A DNA stretch of 64,000 bases from an uncultured Arcobacter sp. (GTDB lineage: Bacteria > Campylobacterota > Campylobacteria > Campylobacterales > Arcobacteraceae): NCBI GenBank assembly GCA_965140705.1, contig OZ223300.1:480001-544000 (forward strand), read 5' to 3'. This document shows positions 32,980 through 43,355 of this stretch, in pieces. Every line of letters begins with the position of its first letter. Position 1 is the stretch's first letter. The notes below the pieces were generated by a model. That model was not told the origin of the DNA and searched no databases. It saw nothing but the letters and a program-made list of their open reading frames with translations. A program made the position numbers and the translations under genes.

Positions 32980-34470
32980 TTAAATAGTTCTCCATTTAGC
33001 AGGGCCAGTAGTGTGAATAGAAGTACCCTCAGTATCAACAGCTACAGTAACAGGCATGTCTTTAACCTCAAACTCATAGATAGCTTCCATACCAAGTTCT
33101 TCAAAGGCTAATACTTTTGCTGATTTGATTGATTGTGATATCAAATATGCAGCTCCACCAGTTGCTATTAAATACATTGATTTATACTCTTTGATTAAAT
33201 CAATTGTTGGTTGTTTTCTCTCAGCTTTTCCAATCATTCCCATGATTCCTATTTCCATCATGTCTTTTGTAAATTTATCCATTCTTGTAGATGTTGTTGG
33301 TCCCGCAGGTCCTACTGCTTCATCTCTTACAGGATCCACTGGTCCAACGTAATAAATAAATCTATCTTCTAATTTAACTCCATTTGGAAGATCTTTTCCA
33401 GCATTTTTATATTCAACTATTTTTTTATGTGCTGCATCTCTTGCTGTTAAGATTTTCCCAGATAATAATAGAGTATCTCCTGATTTAAATTGAGATAAAT
33501 TCTCTTTTGTTAAATCTTCTATATTTACTCTTTTAATTGTATCCATTGGTAATTCAATATCTGGCCATATATCTAAATCTGGTTTATTAAATACTGCTGG
33601 TCCATCACCTTTTAGTTTAAAGTGAATATGTCTTGTTGCTGCACAGTTTGGAATCATAGCAACAGGAAGTGATGCTGCATGACATGGGTAATCTAATATT
33701 TTAACATCAAGTACAGTTGTAATTCCACCAAGACCTTGAGCTCCAATTCCTACTTTATTAATATCTTCATATAATTTAAGTCTTAATTCTTCTAGGGCAT
33801 TTTTTGGACCTCTTGCTTTAAGTTCATGTATATCAACATGACTCATTAAAGACTCTTTTGCTAAAAGCATAGATTTCTCAGGATTCCCTCCAATTCCAAT
33901 TCCTAATATTCCAGGAGGACACCATCCAGCTCCCATATTTCTAACATTTTCCATAACCCAATCATAAATACTATCACTTGGGTTTAATACAGCAAATTTA
34001 GATTTGTTTTCACTTCCTCCACCTTTTGCTGCAACTGTAATATCTATCTCATCTGAATTATCTACACTTACATGAATAACTGCTGGTGTATTATTTTTTG
34101 TATTTACTCTTTTCCCTGCAGGATCTGCAACTACTGAGTATCTTAAAGTGTTATCTGGATCTGTATACCCTTTTGCAACACCTTCATTTAATAAATCAAC
34201 TAACTCTTTTTTTATATCTAAAGGAGCATTTAATCCAACCTTTACAAAGATATTAACTGACCCTGTATCTTGACATAAAGGTCTATGACCCATTGCACAC
34301 ATTTTTGAATTTATTAATATTTGTCCTATTGCATTTTTTGCAGCTTCACCTTTTTCTACATTATAAGCTTCTACCATCCCTTTTACAAAATCTTCTGGAT
34401 GATAAAACGATATATATTGACATGCATCTGCTATACTCTCGATTATATCTTGTTCGGTTATTTTTTTCAT
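32980..34470 (-). CDS. Class I (Fe-S) fumarate hydratase, fused alpha/beta
   Basis: PLCQDTG, KGGGSEN, GWCPPG, CHAAS, CAATRH, RDAAH, GPTTSTRM. Confidence 0.93.
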   Translation of the reverse strand: MKKITEQDIIESIADACQYISFYHPEDFVKGMVEAYNVEKGEAAKNAIGQILINSKMCAMGHRPLCQDTGSVNIFVKVGLNAPLDIKKELVDLLNEGVAKGYTDPDNTLRYSVVADPAGKRVNTKNNTPAVIHVSVDNSDEIDITVAAKGGGSENKSKFAVLNPSDSIYDWVMENVRNMGAGWCPPGILGIGIGGNPEKSMLLAKESLMSHVDIHELKARGPKNALEELRLKLYEDINKVGIGAQGLGGITTVLDVKILDYPCHAASLPVAMIPNCAATRHIHFKLKGDGPAVFNKPDLDIWPDIELPMDTIKRVNIEDLTKENLSQFKSGDTLLLSGKILTARDAAHKKIVEYKNAGKDLPNGVKLEDRFIYYVGPVDPVRDEAVGPAGPTTSTRMDKFTKDMMEIGIMGMIGKAERKQPTIDLIKEYKSMYLIATGGAAYLISQSIKSAKVLAFEELGMEAIYEFEVKDMPVTVAVDTEGTSIHTTGPAKWRTI

Positions 34471-34480
34471 AATGTCCTCC

Positions 34481-35206
34481 TTAAGAACCTTTAACAGTCG
34501 CTAATTTTCTTCTCATATAAGCAATTTTAGTTTGTAATGGTAAATGTTTAGGACAAGTATCTTCACAACCAAGAAGTGTCATACAACCAAATATACCATT
34601 GTCATCACCAACTAATTCATAATAATCTTCAATTGTTCTCTCATCATGTGGATCACATTCAAATCTAGCAATTCTATTTAATCCAACTGCACCTACGAAA
34701 TCTTCTTTGATAAGTTTTGTTCCACATCCAGCAACACAACATCCACATTCAATACATCTATCTAATTCAAATACAGCATCAGCTACTTCTGGTTCAATTG
34801 GCATTTCAAGATTTGCAATGTCAACTTCATGAGAAGAGTGAACCCAAGATTCAACTCTTTTACTCATTTCATCCATCCAAACACCTGTATTTACAGATAA
34901 GTCTTTGATAAGACTAAATGTAGGTAAGGGAAGTAAAGTAATCTCTTTTGGTAAATCTTTAGTTAAAGTTCTACAAGCAAGTTTAGGTCTTCCATTTATC
35001 ATCATTGCACAAGATCCACAAATACCAGCTCTACATACAAAGTCAAAGCTTAAACCTGCATCTTGACTCTCTCTAATTTGAGTAAGGGCAATATAAATTG
35101 TCATACTAGGAGCTTCTTGAATTTTAAACTCTTCAAAGTAAGCTCTAACATTTTTTTTATCTTGTGGATCATATCTAAGTATTTTAAAAGTTAGTTCTCT
35201 AGACAT
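34481..35206 (-). CDS. frdB: Quinol:fumarate reductase iron-sulfur subunit
   Basis: [28 protein letters not shown]. Confidence 0.96.
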   Translation of the reverse strand: MSRELTFKILRYDPQDKKNVRAYFEEFKIQEAPSMTIYIALTQIRESQDAGLSFDFVCRAGICGSCAMMINGRPKLACRTLTKDLPKEITLLPLPTFSLIKDLSVNTGVWMDEMSKRVESWVHSSHEVDIANLEMPIEPEVADAVFELDRCIECGCCVAGCGTKLIKEDFVGAVGLNRIARFECDPHDERTIEDYYELVGDDNGIFGCMTLLGCEDTCPKHLPLQTKIAYMRRKLATVKGS

Positions 35207-37188
35207 TACAAATCTCCTAATCTAATATTTTTTCTTTTATATTCATCTTGAAGTGGAAATGGCATAAGTTTATCTTGGATTTCATATCTATCTTTACCTT
35301 CTAATTCCATTTTTTCTACTATTTCATCAATTTCGGCTTGTCTTTGAGCACTAATTGGATTTTCAATTAAATTACCTTTTGCTCCATATCCTCTAAATCC
35401 AGGAGGTATTTCCATTTTCATAATATCTAATGGTTCATACTCAACTGTTGGCATAGTATCTCCCTCTTTCCATGAAGTAAGGGTTCTTTTTAACCAATTT
35501 GCATCATCTCTTTTTGGATAATCTTCTCTTGTATGTGCACCTCTAGATTCAGTTCTATCAAGTGCTCCTTTTGCAACACAAAGAGCTACTTTTAACATCA
35601 TTGGAACTCTATATGCTTCTTCAAGTTCTGGATTTGCAGTAAGTTGTTTATTTCTTACAGCTACATTTTTAGATTTGATATATAATTCTTCAAGCTCTTT
35701 TACTGCTTTTTCTAAACCTTCTCCATCTCTAAAAATCCCAACATAATCTTGCATGATTTTTTTCATTCTATTTTTGATTTTAAATACATCATCCCCACTA
35801 TCTTTAGAAACTAAGTCTTTCATATAAGCTTCTTTTTCATGGACAAATTTTTCAATAACATCTGTTTGAATATCTATTTGTGTATCTAAACAATAATCTG
35901 CAAAATAATTTCCAACAATCATACCAGCAACAACTGTTTCAGAAACAGAATTTCCTCCTAGTCTATTGAATCCATGCATATCCCAACAAGCAGCTTCCCC
36001 ACAAGAGAATAATCCTTGTAAAGTTTGTGATTCTCCTGTTGGTTTTGTTCTAATACCACCCATAGAGTAATGTTGCATTGGATGAACAGGAGCCCAACCT
36101 TTTTGACCTTCATCTGCTGGATCTATTCCTGCAAATGATTCACAGATTTCTTGAACATCTCTTAGATTTTTTTCAATATGCTCTCTTCCTAAAATTGAAA
36201 TGTCTAACCAAAGGTGTGTTCCATAAACTGAATCAATACCTTTTCCTTTTCTCATATGTTCCATCATTCTTCTAGATACAACATCTCTTGAAGCTAGATC
36301 TTTTTTTTCAGGTTCATAATCAGGCATAAATCTATGTCCATCAACATCTCTTAGAACACCACCATCACCACGACAACCTTCAGTTAATAAAATACCTGAT
36401 GGGAAAAGTGGAGTAGGGTGAAACTGTACAGCTTCCATATTTCCAAGTTTTGCAATACCTGTTTCTAAAGCAATAGCAGTTCCTATACCCTCACAAATAA
36501 CTGCATTAGTAGTGATTTCATAAATTCTTCCATATCCACCAGTTGCTATTAAAGTACCTTTTGAAACATAAGCTACAATGTCTCCTGTAATTAAATCCCT
36601 AACAATAGCACCATAACATTTGTTATTATGGTGAATTAATCCAATTGCTTCTTTTCTATCTTCGATATTTACATTTAATCTTAAAGATTCGTTTGCAACT
36701 GCAAAAAGCATAGTATGGCCTGTCGCATCAGAGGTATAACAGGTTCTCCATTTTTTTGTACCACCAAAGTCTCTTGAATTGATTAAACCATGTTTTTCAT
36801 CTTCTTCAAATATATTAGTTTTTTTTGTATTGATAACTGCTTCATGATTTCCTTTTTTGATTCTAGACCAAGGTACACCCCAAGCTGCAAGTTCACGAAT
36901 TGCTTTAGGAGCAGTTGTAACAAACATTCTTGCTACTTCTTGATCACATCCCCAATCGCTTCCTTTTACTGTATCACTAAAGTGCACATCTTCATTATCA
37001 CCTTCACTCATTTTTGCATTACCAAGACTTGCTTGCATACCACCTTGAGCTGCTGCACTGTGAGATCTTTTAACTGGAACTAAACTTAAAACTGTTGTAC
37101 TTAAACCTTTTTGTGCAGCTGCAACTGCTGATCGAAGTCCTGCAAGACCTCCACCGATTACTAGTGCATCACAATATTTAATTTTCAT
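35206..37188 (-). CDS. frdA: Quinol:fumarate reductase flavoprotein subunit
   Basis: [16 protein letters not shown] (covalent FAD His), [21 protein letters not shown]. Confidence 0.97.
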   Translation of the reverse strand: MKIKYCDALVIGGGLAGLRSAVAAAQKGLSTTVLSLVPVKRSHSAAAQGGMQASLGNAKMSEGDNEDVHFSDTVKGSDWGCDQEVARMFVTTAPKAIRELAAWGVPWSRIKKGNHEAVINTKKTNIFEEDEKHGLINSRDFGGTKKWRTCYTSDATGHTMLFAVANESLRLNVNIEDRKEAIGLIHHNNKCYGAIVRDLITGDIVAYVSKGTLIATGGYGRIYEITTNAVICEGIGTAIALETGIAKLGNMEAVQFHPTPLFPSGILLTEGCRGDGGVLRDVDGHRFMPDYEPEKKDLASRDVVSRRMMEHMRKGKGIDSVYGTHLWLDISILGREHIEKNLRDVQEICESFAGIDPADEGQKGWAPVHPMQHYSMGGIRTKPTGESQTLQGLFSCGEAACWDMHGFNRLGGNSVSETVVAGMIVGNYFADYCLDTQIDIQTDVIEKFVHEKEAYMKDLVSKDSGDDVFKIKNRMKKIMQDYVGIFRDGEGLEKAVKELEELYIKSKNVAVRNKQLTANPELEEAYRVPMMLKVALCVAKGALDRTESRGAHTREDYPKRDDANWLKRTLTSWKEGDTMPTVEYEPLDIMKMEIPPGFRGYGAKGNLIENPISAQRQAEIDEIVEKMELEGKDRYEIQDKLMPFPLQDEYKRKNIRLGDL

Positions 37189-37198
37189 ATTAAAACCT

Positions 37199-37966
37199 TT
37201 ATTTTTTCATTAGTTGTATAGAGTCATTAGGATTATATTTCATTGGAGCATGGTCAATTCTATCCATACCAATTTTTATATAAGCAAAAAGTGTTATTAC
37301 CCCTAAAGTTAGGAAGAAGATACTTACAATTTTTTTTGCTTTCATCATTCTTTTTCTTGTCTCTTTAGGGTTTTTCCCATCAAACCAACCCCATTTCATA
37401 GCCGCACGATACAATCCAATTGAACCATGAAGCTCAACACAGATTAATAAAACCATATATAAAAGCCACATATGTTGATTTACAACTCTATATGAACTTG
37501 AATAAGGACCAATATTTTCAGGTTGTGTAAACATAATATACAAGTGAATTGTTGCAATGAACATCATAATTAATCCACTTATCCATTGAAACATCCACAT
37601 TGAAGTATCTGAGTGTTTCATCATTTTTGAATGTTCTCTTATTTTTATATATGCTTTATATGAGGTAGGGAATTTTCTAATTCCTAAAAGTGCATGAGCA
37701 ACAAATATCACTGTAATTATTCCAACAAATATACTTACAATAAATGGAAGTCCACCAGCAAATATAAAGTTAAGTTCAAACATTTTAGTTACTGTGTACA
37801 TTGCATTTTCACCAAAAAGTATTGTTGACACAAAAAACATATGTGCCATCATAAAAATTGCAAGTATAACTCCAGATGCAGTTAATGCTTTATCAAGTTT
37901 AGCAGGAATTCTACTTTTATTGCCATCAGGATTTTGTCCTGTATAAGCCTCAATAACTTCATTCAT
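37199..37966 (-). CDS. frdC: Quinol:fumarate reductase dihaem cytochrome b subunit (Wolinella type)
   Basis: Five TM segments, four His ligands (AHMFF, AHAL, IHL, ELHG) and GLYR...KWG. Confidence 0.95.
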   Translation of the reverse strand: MNEVIEAYTGQNPDGNKSRIPAKLDKALTASGVILAIFMMAHMFFVSTILFGENAMYTVTKMFELNFIFAGGLPFIVSIFVGIITVIFVAHALLGIRKFPTSYKAYIKIREHSKMMKHSDTSMWMFQWISGLIMMFIATIHLYIMFTQPENIGPYSSSYRVVNQHMWLLYMVLLICVELHGSIGLYRAAMKWGWFDGKNPKETRKRMMKAKKIVSIFFLTLGVITLFAYIKIGMDRIDHAPMKYNPNDSIQLMKK

Positions 37967-38002
37967 TTTCTCTCCTTAATTGAATTACTTATTCTGAAAA
38001 GG

Positions 38003-38036
38003 ATTTTATATCAGGAAAATGTCATTAATATGACTT
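38003..38036 (-). promoter_or_regulatory. Putative OmpR/PhoB-type activator box plus -10 element of frdCAB-fum
   Basis: Minus strand AAGTCATATTAATGACAT, 10-nt spacer, then TAAAAT; 14/18 identical to the box at 28507-28524. Confidence 0.6.
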
Positions 38037-38252
38037 TATTAAAAAAATGTAGTATTTTTTATTCAGAAATATTTAATAATTATAAAATAATAAAAAGAGT
38101 TATGATTTTATAAAAGTGAAGATAAACTTAACACGTGAAATTAAGTTGATTAAATTAATCTTCTACTTAATAAAAATTGAGTATTATTATGCCCTTATAA
38201 ATATATGCTAATATATATATTGTTTGTGTGATTTTAAAAAGTACTTGACTAC

Positions 38253-39186
38253 TAAAAGGAAGAAGAGATGTTAGATTTAGCGATAATCGGAGGCGGACCA
38301 GCAGGATTAACAGCAGGGTTGTATTCGACAAGAGGTGGATTGAAAAATGTTACTATGTTTGAGATGGGTATGCCAGGAGGACAAATAACAGGAAGTAGTG
38401 AAATAGAGAATTACCCAGGACAAGTAGAAATAGTAAGTGGTATGGATTTGATGGAATCATGGCCAAAACAAGCAATGAGATTTGGATTAAAACATGAAAT
38501 GAATCAAGTTTCAAAAGTAACAAAAACAGGTGAAGTATTCACAGTAGAATTGAGTGATGGAACAAAACAAGAAGCAAAATCAGTATTGCTAGCAACAGGA
38601 TCAGTTCCAAAAAAAGGTGGATTTAAAGGAGAAGATGAATTCTTCGGAAGAGGAGTATCAACTTGTGCCACTTGTGATGGATTCTTTTATAAAAATAAAG
38701 AAGTAGCAGTAATAGGAGGAGGAGACTCAGCCTTAGAAGAAGCAGTGTACCTTTCAAAAATGTGTTCAAAAGTATATTTAGTGCATAGAAGAGATACATA
38801 TAGAGCAGCACCAAGTACAATAGAACATATGAAAGCTTGTGAAAATATAGAAGAAGTAACAAATGTAACAGTAGAAGAAGTGTATGGAGATGCAACAGGA
38901 GTACTTGGACTAAAAGTAAAAAGTAAAGAGACAGGTGAGATAAGAGATTTAGCAGTACCAGGAGTATTTACATTCGTAGGAAGAGATGTGTTAAGTGATA
39001 GCTTAAAACAAGATGATGGAAGTTACCTATGTGAAGTAAATGAAGCAACAGAAGTAGTGGTAGATTTAAAGATGAGAACAAATGTACCAGGATTATATGC
39101 AGCAGGTGATGTAAGAATAGATGCAGCGAAACAAGTAGTATGTGCAGCTGCTGATGGTGCTACTGCTGCTGTTAATATTATTGAAT
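38253..39186 (+). repeat. 934-bp direct repeat, copy 2
   Basis: Matches 27456-28389 at an offset of 10,797 bp. Confidence 0.96.
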
Positions 39187-39197
39187 TTTTAGGATAA
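38268..39197 (+). CDS. trxB: Thioredoxin-disulfide reductase, copy 2 (ends ...IEFLG)
   Basis: Protein identical to copy 1 except two C-terminal residues. Confidence 0.97.
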   Translation: MLDLAIIGGGPAGLTAGLYSTRGGLKNVTMFEMGMPGGQITGSSEIENYPGQVEIVSGMDLMESWPKQAMRFGLKHEMNQVSKVTKTGEVFTVELSDGTKQEAKSVLLATGSVPKKGGFKGEDEFFGRGVSTCATCDGFFYKNKEVAVIGGGDSALEEAVYLSKMCSKVYLVHRRDTYRAAPSTIEHMKACENIEEVTNVTVEEVYGDATGVLGLKVKSKETGEIRDLAVPGVFTFVGRDVLSDSLKQDDGSYLCEVNEATEVVVDLKMRTNVPGLYAAGDVRIDAAKQVVCAAADGATAAVNIIEFLG

Positions 39198-39203
39198 ACA
39201 AAT

Positions 39204-39977
39204 ATGATTAATGTAGGAATTGTAGGAAGTACAGGAAGAGTTGGTTCTCTTTTAATAGATGATTTACAAAATGATGAGCAAGTGAAATTAAGTGCTTGTC
39301 ATGTTTCTAGCAAATTGAATAAGACTGTTCCCGAGGGTACAGTTGTAACAAATGATATAAATACACTTTTAGAAAGTTCTGATGTAGTTATAGATTTCTC
39401 AGTTCCTGCTGCAACAGAGGCTCTTCTTACTGAAGTTATTGAAGGTAAAAATAAAAAGCCTTTAGTAATAGCAACTACTGGATTCTCTAAGCATCAACAA
39501 AATTTACTTATAGAAGCTAGTAAATTAGTGCCTATTTTATATGCAACTAACATGAGTTTAGGAGTTGCAGTTTTAAATAAACTTGTTACTCTTGCTTCTA
39601 AGACATTAAGAGATTTTGATATAGAAATTGTGGAACAACATCATAGAAATAAGGTTGACTCTCCTTCAGGTACTGCTTTAACACTTGCAGAACATGCAGC
39701 AAATGCAAGGGATTTAAATCTTGATGATGTAAGAGTTTCAGGAAGAGATGGTATTATTGGTGCAAGATCTAAAGATGAGATTGCAGTAATGAGTTTAAGA
39801 GGTGGAGATATTGTTGGGAGACATACTGTTGGCTTATACAATGATGGTGAATTTATTGAATTAAATCATACAGCAACTTCTAGAAATACTTTTTCAAAGG
39901 GTGCTATCAAAGCTGCTAAATGGCTTGTGAATAAAGAAGCTGGTTTATACTCAATAAATGATTGTTTAGGTCTATAA
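39204..39977 (+). CDS. dapB: 4-hydroxy-tetrahydrodipicolinate reductase
   Basis: GSTGRVG, IDFS, ATTG, EQHHRNKVDSPSGTA. Confidence 0.97.
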   Translation: MINVGIVGSTGRVGSLLIDDLQNDEQVKLSACHVSSKLNKTVPEGTVVTNDINTLLESSDVVIDFSVPAATEALLTEVIEGKNKKPLVIATTGFSKHQQNLLIEASKLVPILYATNMSLGVAVLNKLVTLASKTLRDFDIEIVEQHHRNKVDSPSGTALTLAEHAANARDLNLDDVRVSGRDGIIGARSKDEIAVMSLRGGDIVGRHTVGLYNDGEFIELNHTATSRNTFSKGAIKAAKWLVNKEAGLYSINDCLGL

Positions 39978-39986
39978 GGAAATAAT

Positions 39987-41336
39987 ATGTGCGCAATAGT
40001 TGGAATTTTTGGTAATGAAAAAGCTTCTAGGTTAGCCTCTTTGGCTCTATTTTCTATGCAACATAGAGGGCAAGAAGCAACAGGGATATCTTCATCAAGT
40101 GATGGCAAAATTTATACAATTAAAAACAGAGGTTTAGTTTCTGAAGTTTTTGATAATAAAGCATTGGAGTATCTAAAAGGTAATATGGCAATTGGTCATA
40201 ATAGATATTCAACAGCAGGTGGGGATTCTATTTTAGATGCTCAACCAGTATTTGCAAAATATAAATTAGGTGAAATATCAATAGTACATAATGGAAATCT
40301 GATTAATAAAAAAGTTGTAAGACAAGATTTGATCGATAATGGTGCTATTTTTCAAACTGGTATGGATACAGAGAACTTAATTCATTTAATTGCCAAAAAT
40401 TCAAAAGATAGATTAAGAGATAGAATAAAAGAGGCTTTAGATAAGACTATTGGAGCATATTGTTTTATAATTCAATCTCGTTCTAAACAATTTGTTATTA
40501 GAGATAGATATGGAATTAGACCATTATCAATTGGAAAATTAAAATCTGGTGGATATATAGTTGCCAGTGAAACTTGTGCTTTTGATTTAGTTGATGCAGA
40601 GTTTATTAGAGATGTAAGACCTGGAGAAATGCTTATTTTTAGTGAAAAAGTAGAAGAACCAGAATCAATTCAATTATATGAGCCAGAATATAGACCTTGT
40701 GCTTTTGAATATGTATATTTTGCAAGACCAGATTCAGTAATTGATGGTAAAAGTGTATATAGAGCAAGAGAAAATATGGGAAAAACTTTAGCTATGAATG
40801 ATAAAGGAAATGATATCAAAATAGATATGGTTATTCCAGTACCTGATTCAGGTGTTCCAGCAGCCATTGGTTATGCGGCTGAAAGTGGTGTCCCTTTTGA
40901 ACTTGGAATTATTAGAAATCACTATGTTGGAAGAACTTTTATTGAACCAACACAAGAGATGAGAGATTTAAAAGTTAAGATGAAATTATCTCCTATGAAA
41001 TCATTAATTGCTGGAAAATCTTTACTTGTAATTGATGATTCTATTGTAAGAGGAACTACATCTAGAAGAATAGTAAAAATTCTAAAAGAAGCAGGTGCTA
41101 AAGAGGTTCATTTTAGAGTTGCAAGTCCTGAGATTAAATTCCCTTGTTATTATGGAATTGACACACCTACAAAAGAAGAGTTAATCTCGCATCGTATGAA
41201 TAAAGAAGAGATTAGAGAACATATCCAAGCTGATACTTTAGAATATCTTTCAATAGAAGATTTAAAGAACTCTATTGGAAATGATAGAAACTATGCCTTA
41301 GAAAGTTTTGATGGTGACTATTTCGTTACAAAATAA
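39987..41336 (+). CDS. purF: Amidophosphoribosyltransferase
   Basis: N-terminal MC, QHRGQE, GHNRYST, DDSIVRGTT. Confidence 0.98.
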   Translation: MCAIVGIFGNEKASRLASLALFSMQHRGQEATGISSSSDGKIYTIKNRGLVSEVFDNKALEYLKGNMAIGHNRYSTAGGDSILDAQPVFAKYKLGEISIVHNGNLINKKVVRQDLIDNGAIFQTGMDTENLIHLIAKNSKDRLRDRIKEALDKTIGAYCFIIQSRSKQFVIRDRYGIRPLSIGKLKSGGYIVASETCAFDLVDAEFIRDVRPGEMLIFSEKVEEPESIQLYEPEYRPCAFEYVYFARPDSVIDGKSVYRARENMGKTLAMNDKGNDIKIDMVIPVPDSGVPAAIGYAAESGVPFELGIIRNHYVGRTFIEPTQEMRDLKVKMKLSPMKSLIAGKSLLVIDDSIVRGTTSRRIVKILKEAGAKEVHFRVASPEIKFPCYYGIDTPTKEELISHRMNKEEIREHIQADTLEYLSIEDLKNSIGNDRNYALESFDGDYFVTK

Positions 41337-42312
41337 TAAAACAAAACAAAAAAAATCTTTAGAAGAACTACTTACTATTGGAAAATATTTCCGTAGTAAG
41401 TTTGGTGAGACTATTTATAAAGTTCCAATTTCAATATCTGGCTTTACCTGTCCAAATATTGATGGAACTGTAGCAAAAGGTGGATGTAGCTTTTGTGAAA
41501 ATGACTCTTTTTCTCCCAACTTACAAGAAAAAAAATCTAAGTTTAAACTGCATCCTTCAAATCCCTCAAATCCATATCTAGATAGGCAATTAAAACAATT
41601 AGAAATGCAATTTAATGCCACAAAAGAAAGGCTTGGAAATAAATTTGGTACAAAGAAATTTATAGTTTATTTTCAATCTTTTACAAATACCTATGCACCT
41701 TTTGAGACTTTAAAAGCTCTTTATACAAAAGCTTTATCTTTTGAAAATGTAATTGGTTTAAGTATAGGTACAAGAACAGATTGTGTGACAGATGAGATAT
41801 TGGATTATTTGGCAGATCTATCAAAAGAAAAAGAGATTTGGATAGAGTATGGTATCCAATCTTTTTACGATGAAACTTTAGAAAAGATAAATAGAGGAGA
41901 TAGCTCTTCTAATATTAAAAAGTGGATTAAAAAATCAAAAGAAAAAGGATTAAATGTTTGTGGACATTTAATTTATGGATTGCCAAATGAAACTCAAGAG
42001 ATGATGTTTGAGACATTAAGACAAACAATTGAGTTAGATATTGATTCTATAAAGTTTCATCCTTTGTATGTGGTTAAAAATACACTTTTAACAAATGAAT
42101 ATAAAAAAGGAAGATTTACTCCAATAAGTGAAGAGTTATATATAGATACAGTTGTAAAATCTATTAAAATGCTTCCTAGAAATATCTCTATTCAAAGAAT
42201 AACAGCTGGAATTTCTGATGATAGTTTATTGGCTCCACTTTGGTGTAAAGATAAACATACACAAATACAAAAGATAAAAAAAGCTTTAATAAAAGAGGGA
42301 TTGAGATATTAA
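41308..42312 (+). CDS. Radical SAM protein, YhcC/TIGR01212-like (start uncertain)
   Basis: GFTCPNIDG...GGCSFC, YFQSFTNTY, IGTR.DC, IKFHPL. Confidence 0.88.
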   Translation: MMVTISLQNNKTKQKKSLEELLTIGKYFRSKFGETIYKVPISISGFTCPNIDGTVAKGGCSFCENDSFSPNLQEKKSKFKLHPSNPSNPYLDRQLKQLEMQFNATKERLGNKFGTKKFIVYFQSFTNTYAPFETLKALYTKALSFENVIGLSIGTRTDCVTDEILDYLADLSKEKEIWIEYGIQSFYDETLEKINRGDSSSNIKKWIKKSKEKGLNVCGHLIYGLPNETQEMMFETLRQTIELDIDSIKFHPLYVVKNTLLTNEYKKGRFTPISEELYIDTVVKSIKMLPRNISIQRITAGISDDSLLAPLWCKDKHTQIQKIKKALIKEGLRY

Positions 42313-42343
42313 TTTGTATCTTTTAAAGATAGATACAAATTAA
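42309..42343. terminator. Inverted repeat between convergent genes
   Basis: TTAATTTGTATCT / AGATACAAATTAA. Confidence 0.6.
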
Positions 42344-43239
42344 CTTTTGATTTTGAGAAGATAATCAACAACATTTTCTATAAATGCGTCATGTTTTCTA
42401 TCTTTTCTGTAGGCAATATATAGTTTTCTAGTCATTCTACTATTTCCTATTCTTGATTCAAATAAGGTATTTGATTTTAAAAGTGAATCAATAGCATTTC
42501 TTGACACTATAGAAACAGTTGGTGTCCCTGTAATCTCAGAGTGTAAAACAGTTTGAATAATTGTTGTAGCACTTGTAACTTCACTTGTAATATCAAATTG
42601 GTCACAGTCTGGGAAATTCTCTTTATCAAGATTTTCTTTAAATATCATTCTTGTATTTGAATCAGGATTTCGACAAACCCATTTATAAGATAGTAAATCT
42701 TCAGCTTTAGCCCGTGCTGGAAGTTTTTGGTTTGAAAATATTACAATCTCATCTTCCATCCATTCTCTATAGATAATATCATCATTACTAATATAGTTTT
42801 CAACTAAGGCAATATCAATTTTTTTATCCAATAAATCTTCTATTGTCTCATGGGAAACAGAAACATTTATAGAAACATCATTATGAATATCTCTTTTTAA
42901 TTGATTTAAGAATCGTGGAAGAATATAGTTCCCTATGATAAATGAAGCACCGAACATAAACGTAACATCTTTGTTCATTATTTTTAATAACTCTTTTTCA
43001 CAATTATTTACAGTTCTTTCAATCTTTTGGGCAATATTATAAAGCATTTCGCCTTCTTTTGTTACTTTGATACCATTCTTCTTTCTATCAAGTAATTGCA
43101 CTTCTAAATAATCTTCTATAAATTTCATCTGCTGAGTAACGGCAGGTTGTGAAATACCAAGCTTAGCAGAAGCTTTTGAAAAAGACTTTTCTCTAACAAC
43201 TGTTAAAAATGTATTTACTTTTGCAAAATCATTTAACAT
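42340..43239 (-). CDS. LysR family transcriptional regulator
   Basis: HTH SFSKASAKLGISQPAVTQQ; start placed at MLNDF. Confidence 0.93.
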   Translation of the reverse strand: MLNDFAKVNTFLTVVREKSFSKASAKLGISQPAVTQQMKFIEDYLEVQLLDRKKNGIKVTKEGEMLYNIAQKIERTVNNCEKELLKIMNKDVTFMFGASFIIGNYILPRFLNQLKRDIHNDVSINVSVSHETIEDLLDKKIDIALVENYISNDDIIYREWMEDEIVIFSNQKLPARAKAEDLLSYKWVCRNPDSNTRMIFKENLDKENFPDCDQFDITSEVTSATTIIQTVLHSEITGTPTVSIVSRNAIDSLLKSNTLFESRIGNSRMTRKLYIAYRKDRKHDAFIENVVDYLLKIKS

Positions 43240-43355
43240 TGATTTAAAACCTTTAATTTTTATTGGCACAATAATAACATTTATTTTTAAACATAAATAT
43301 TAAAGATTATAGTTTTATTTTATTTTTGATATAATAAAAACTAATTGGAGTTAAA

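Larger units (their letters stand above)
27456..39186. mobile_element. Putative trxB-bounded genomic islet (10,797-bp repeat unit) carrying a fumarate respiration module; no integrase gene
   Basis: Two whole-gene direct repeats flank 28390-38252; removing one unit leaves a contiguous trxA-trxB-dapB-purF. Confidence 0.65.

Noticed and set aside
38140..38162. TTGAT-containing palindrome upstream of frdC as an FNR box
   Set aside because: Does not fit TTGAT-N4-ATCAA, and the AT-rich background makes chance matches likely.
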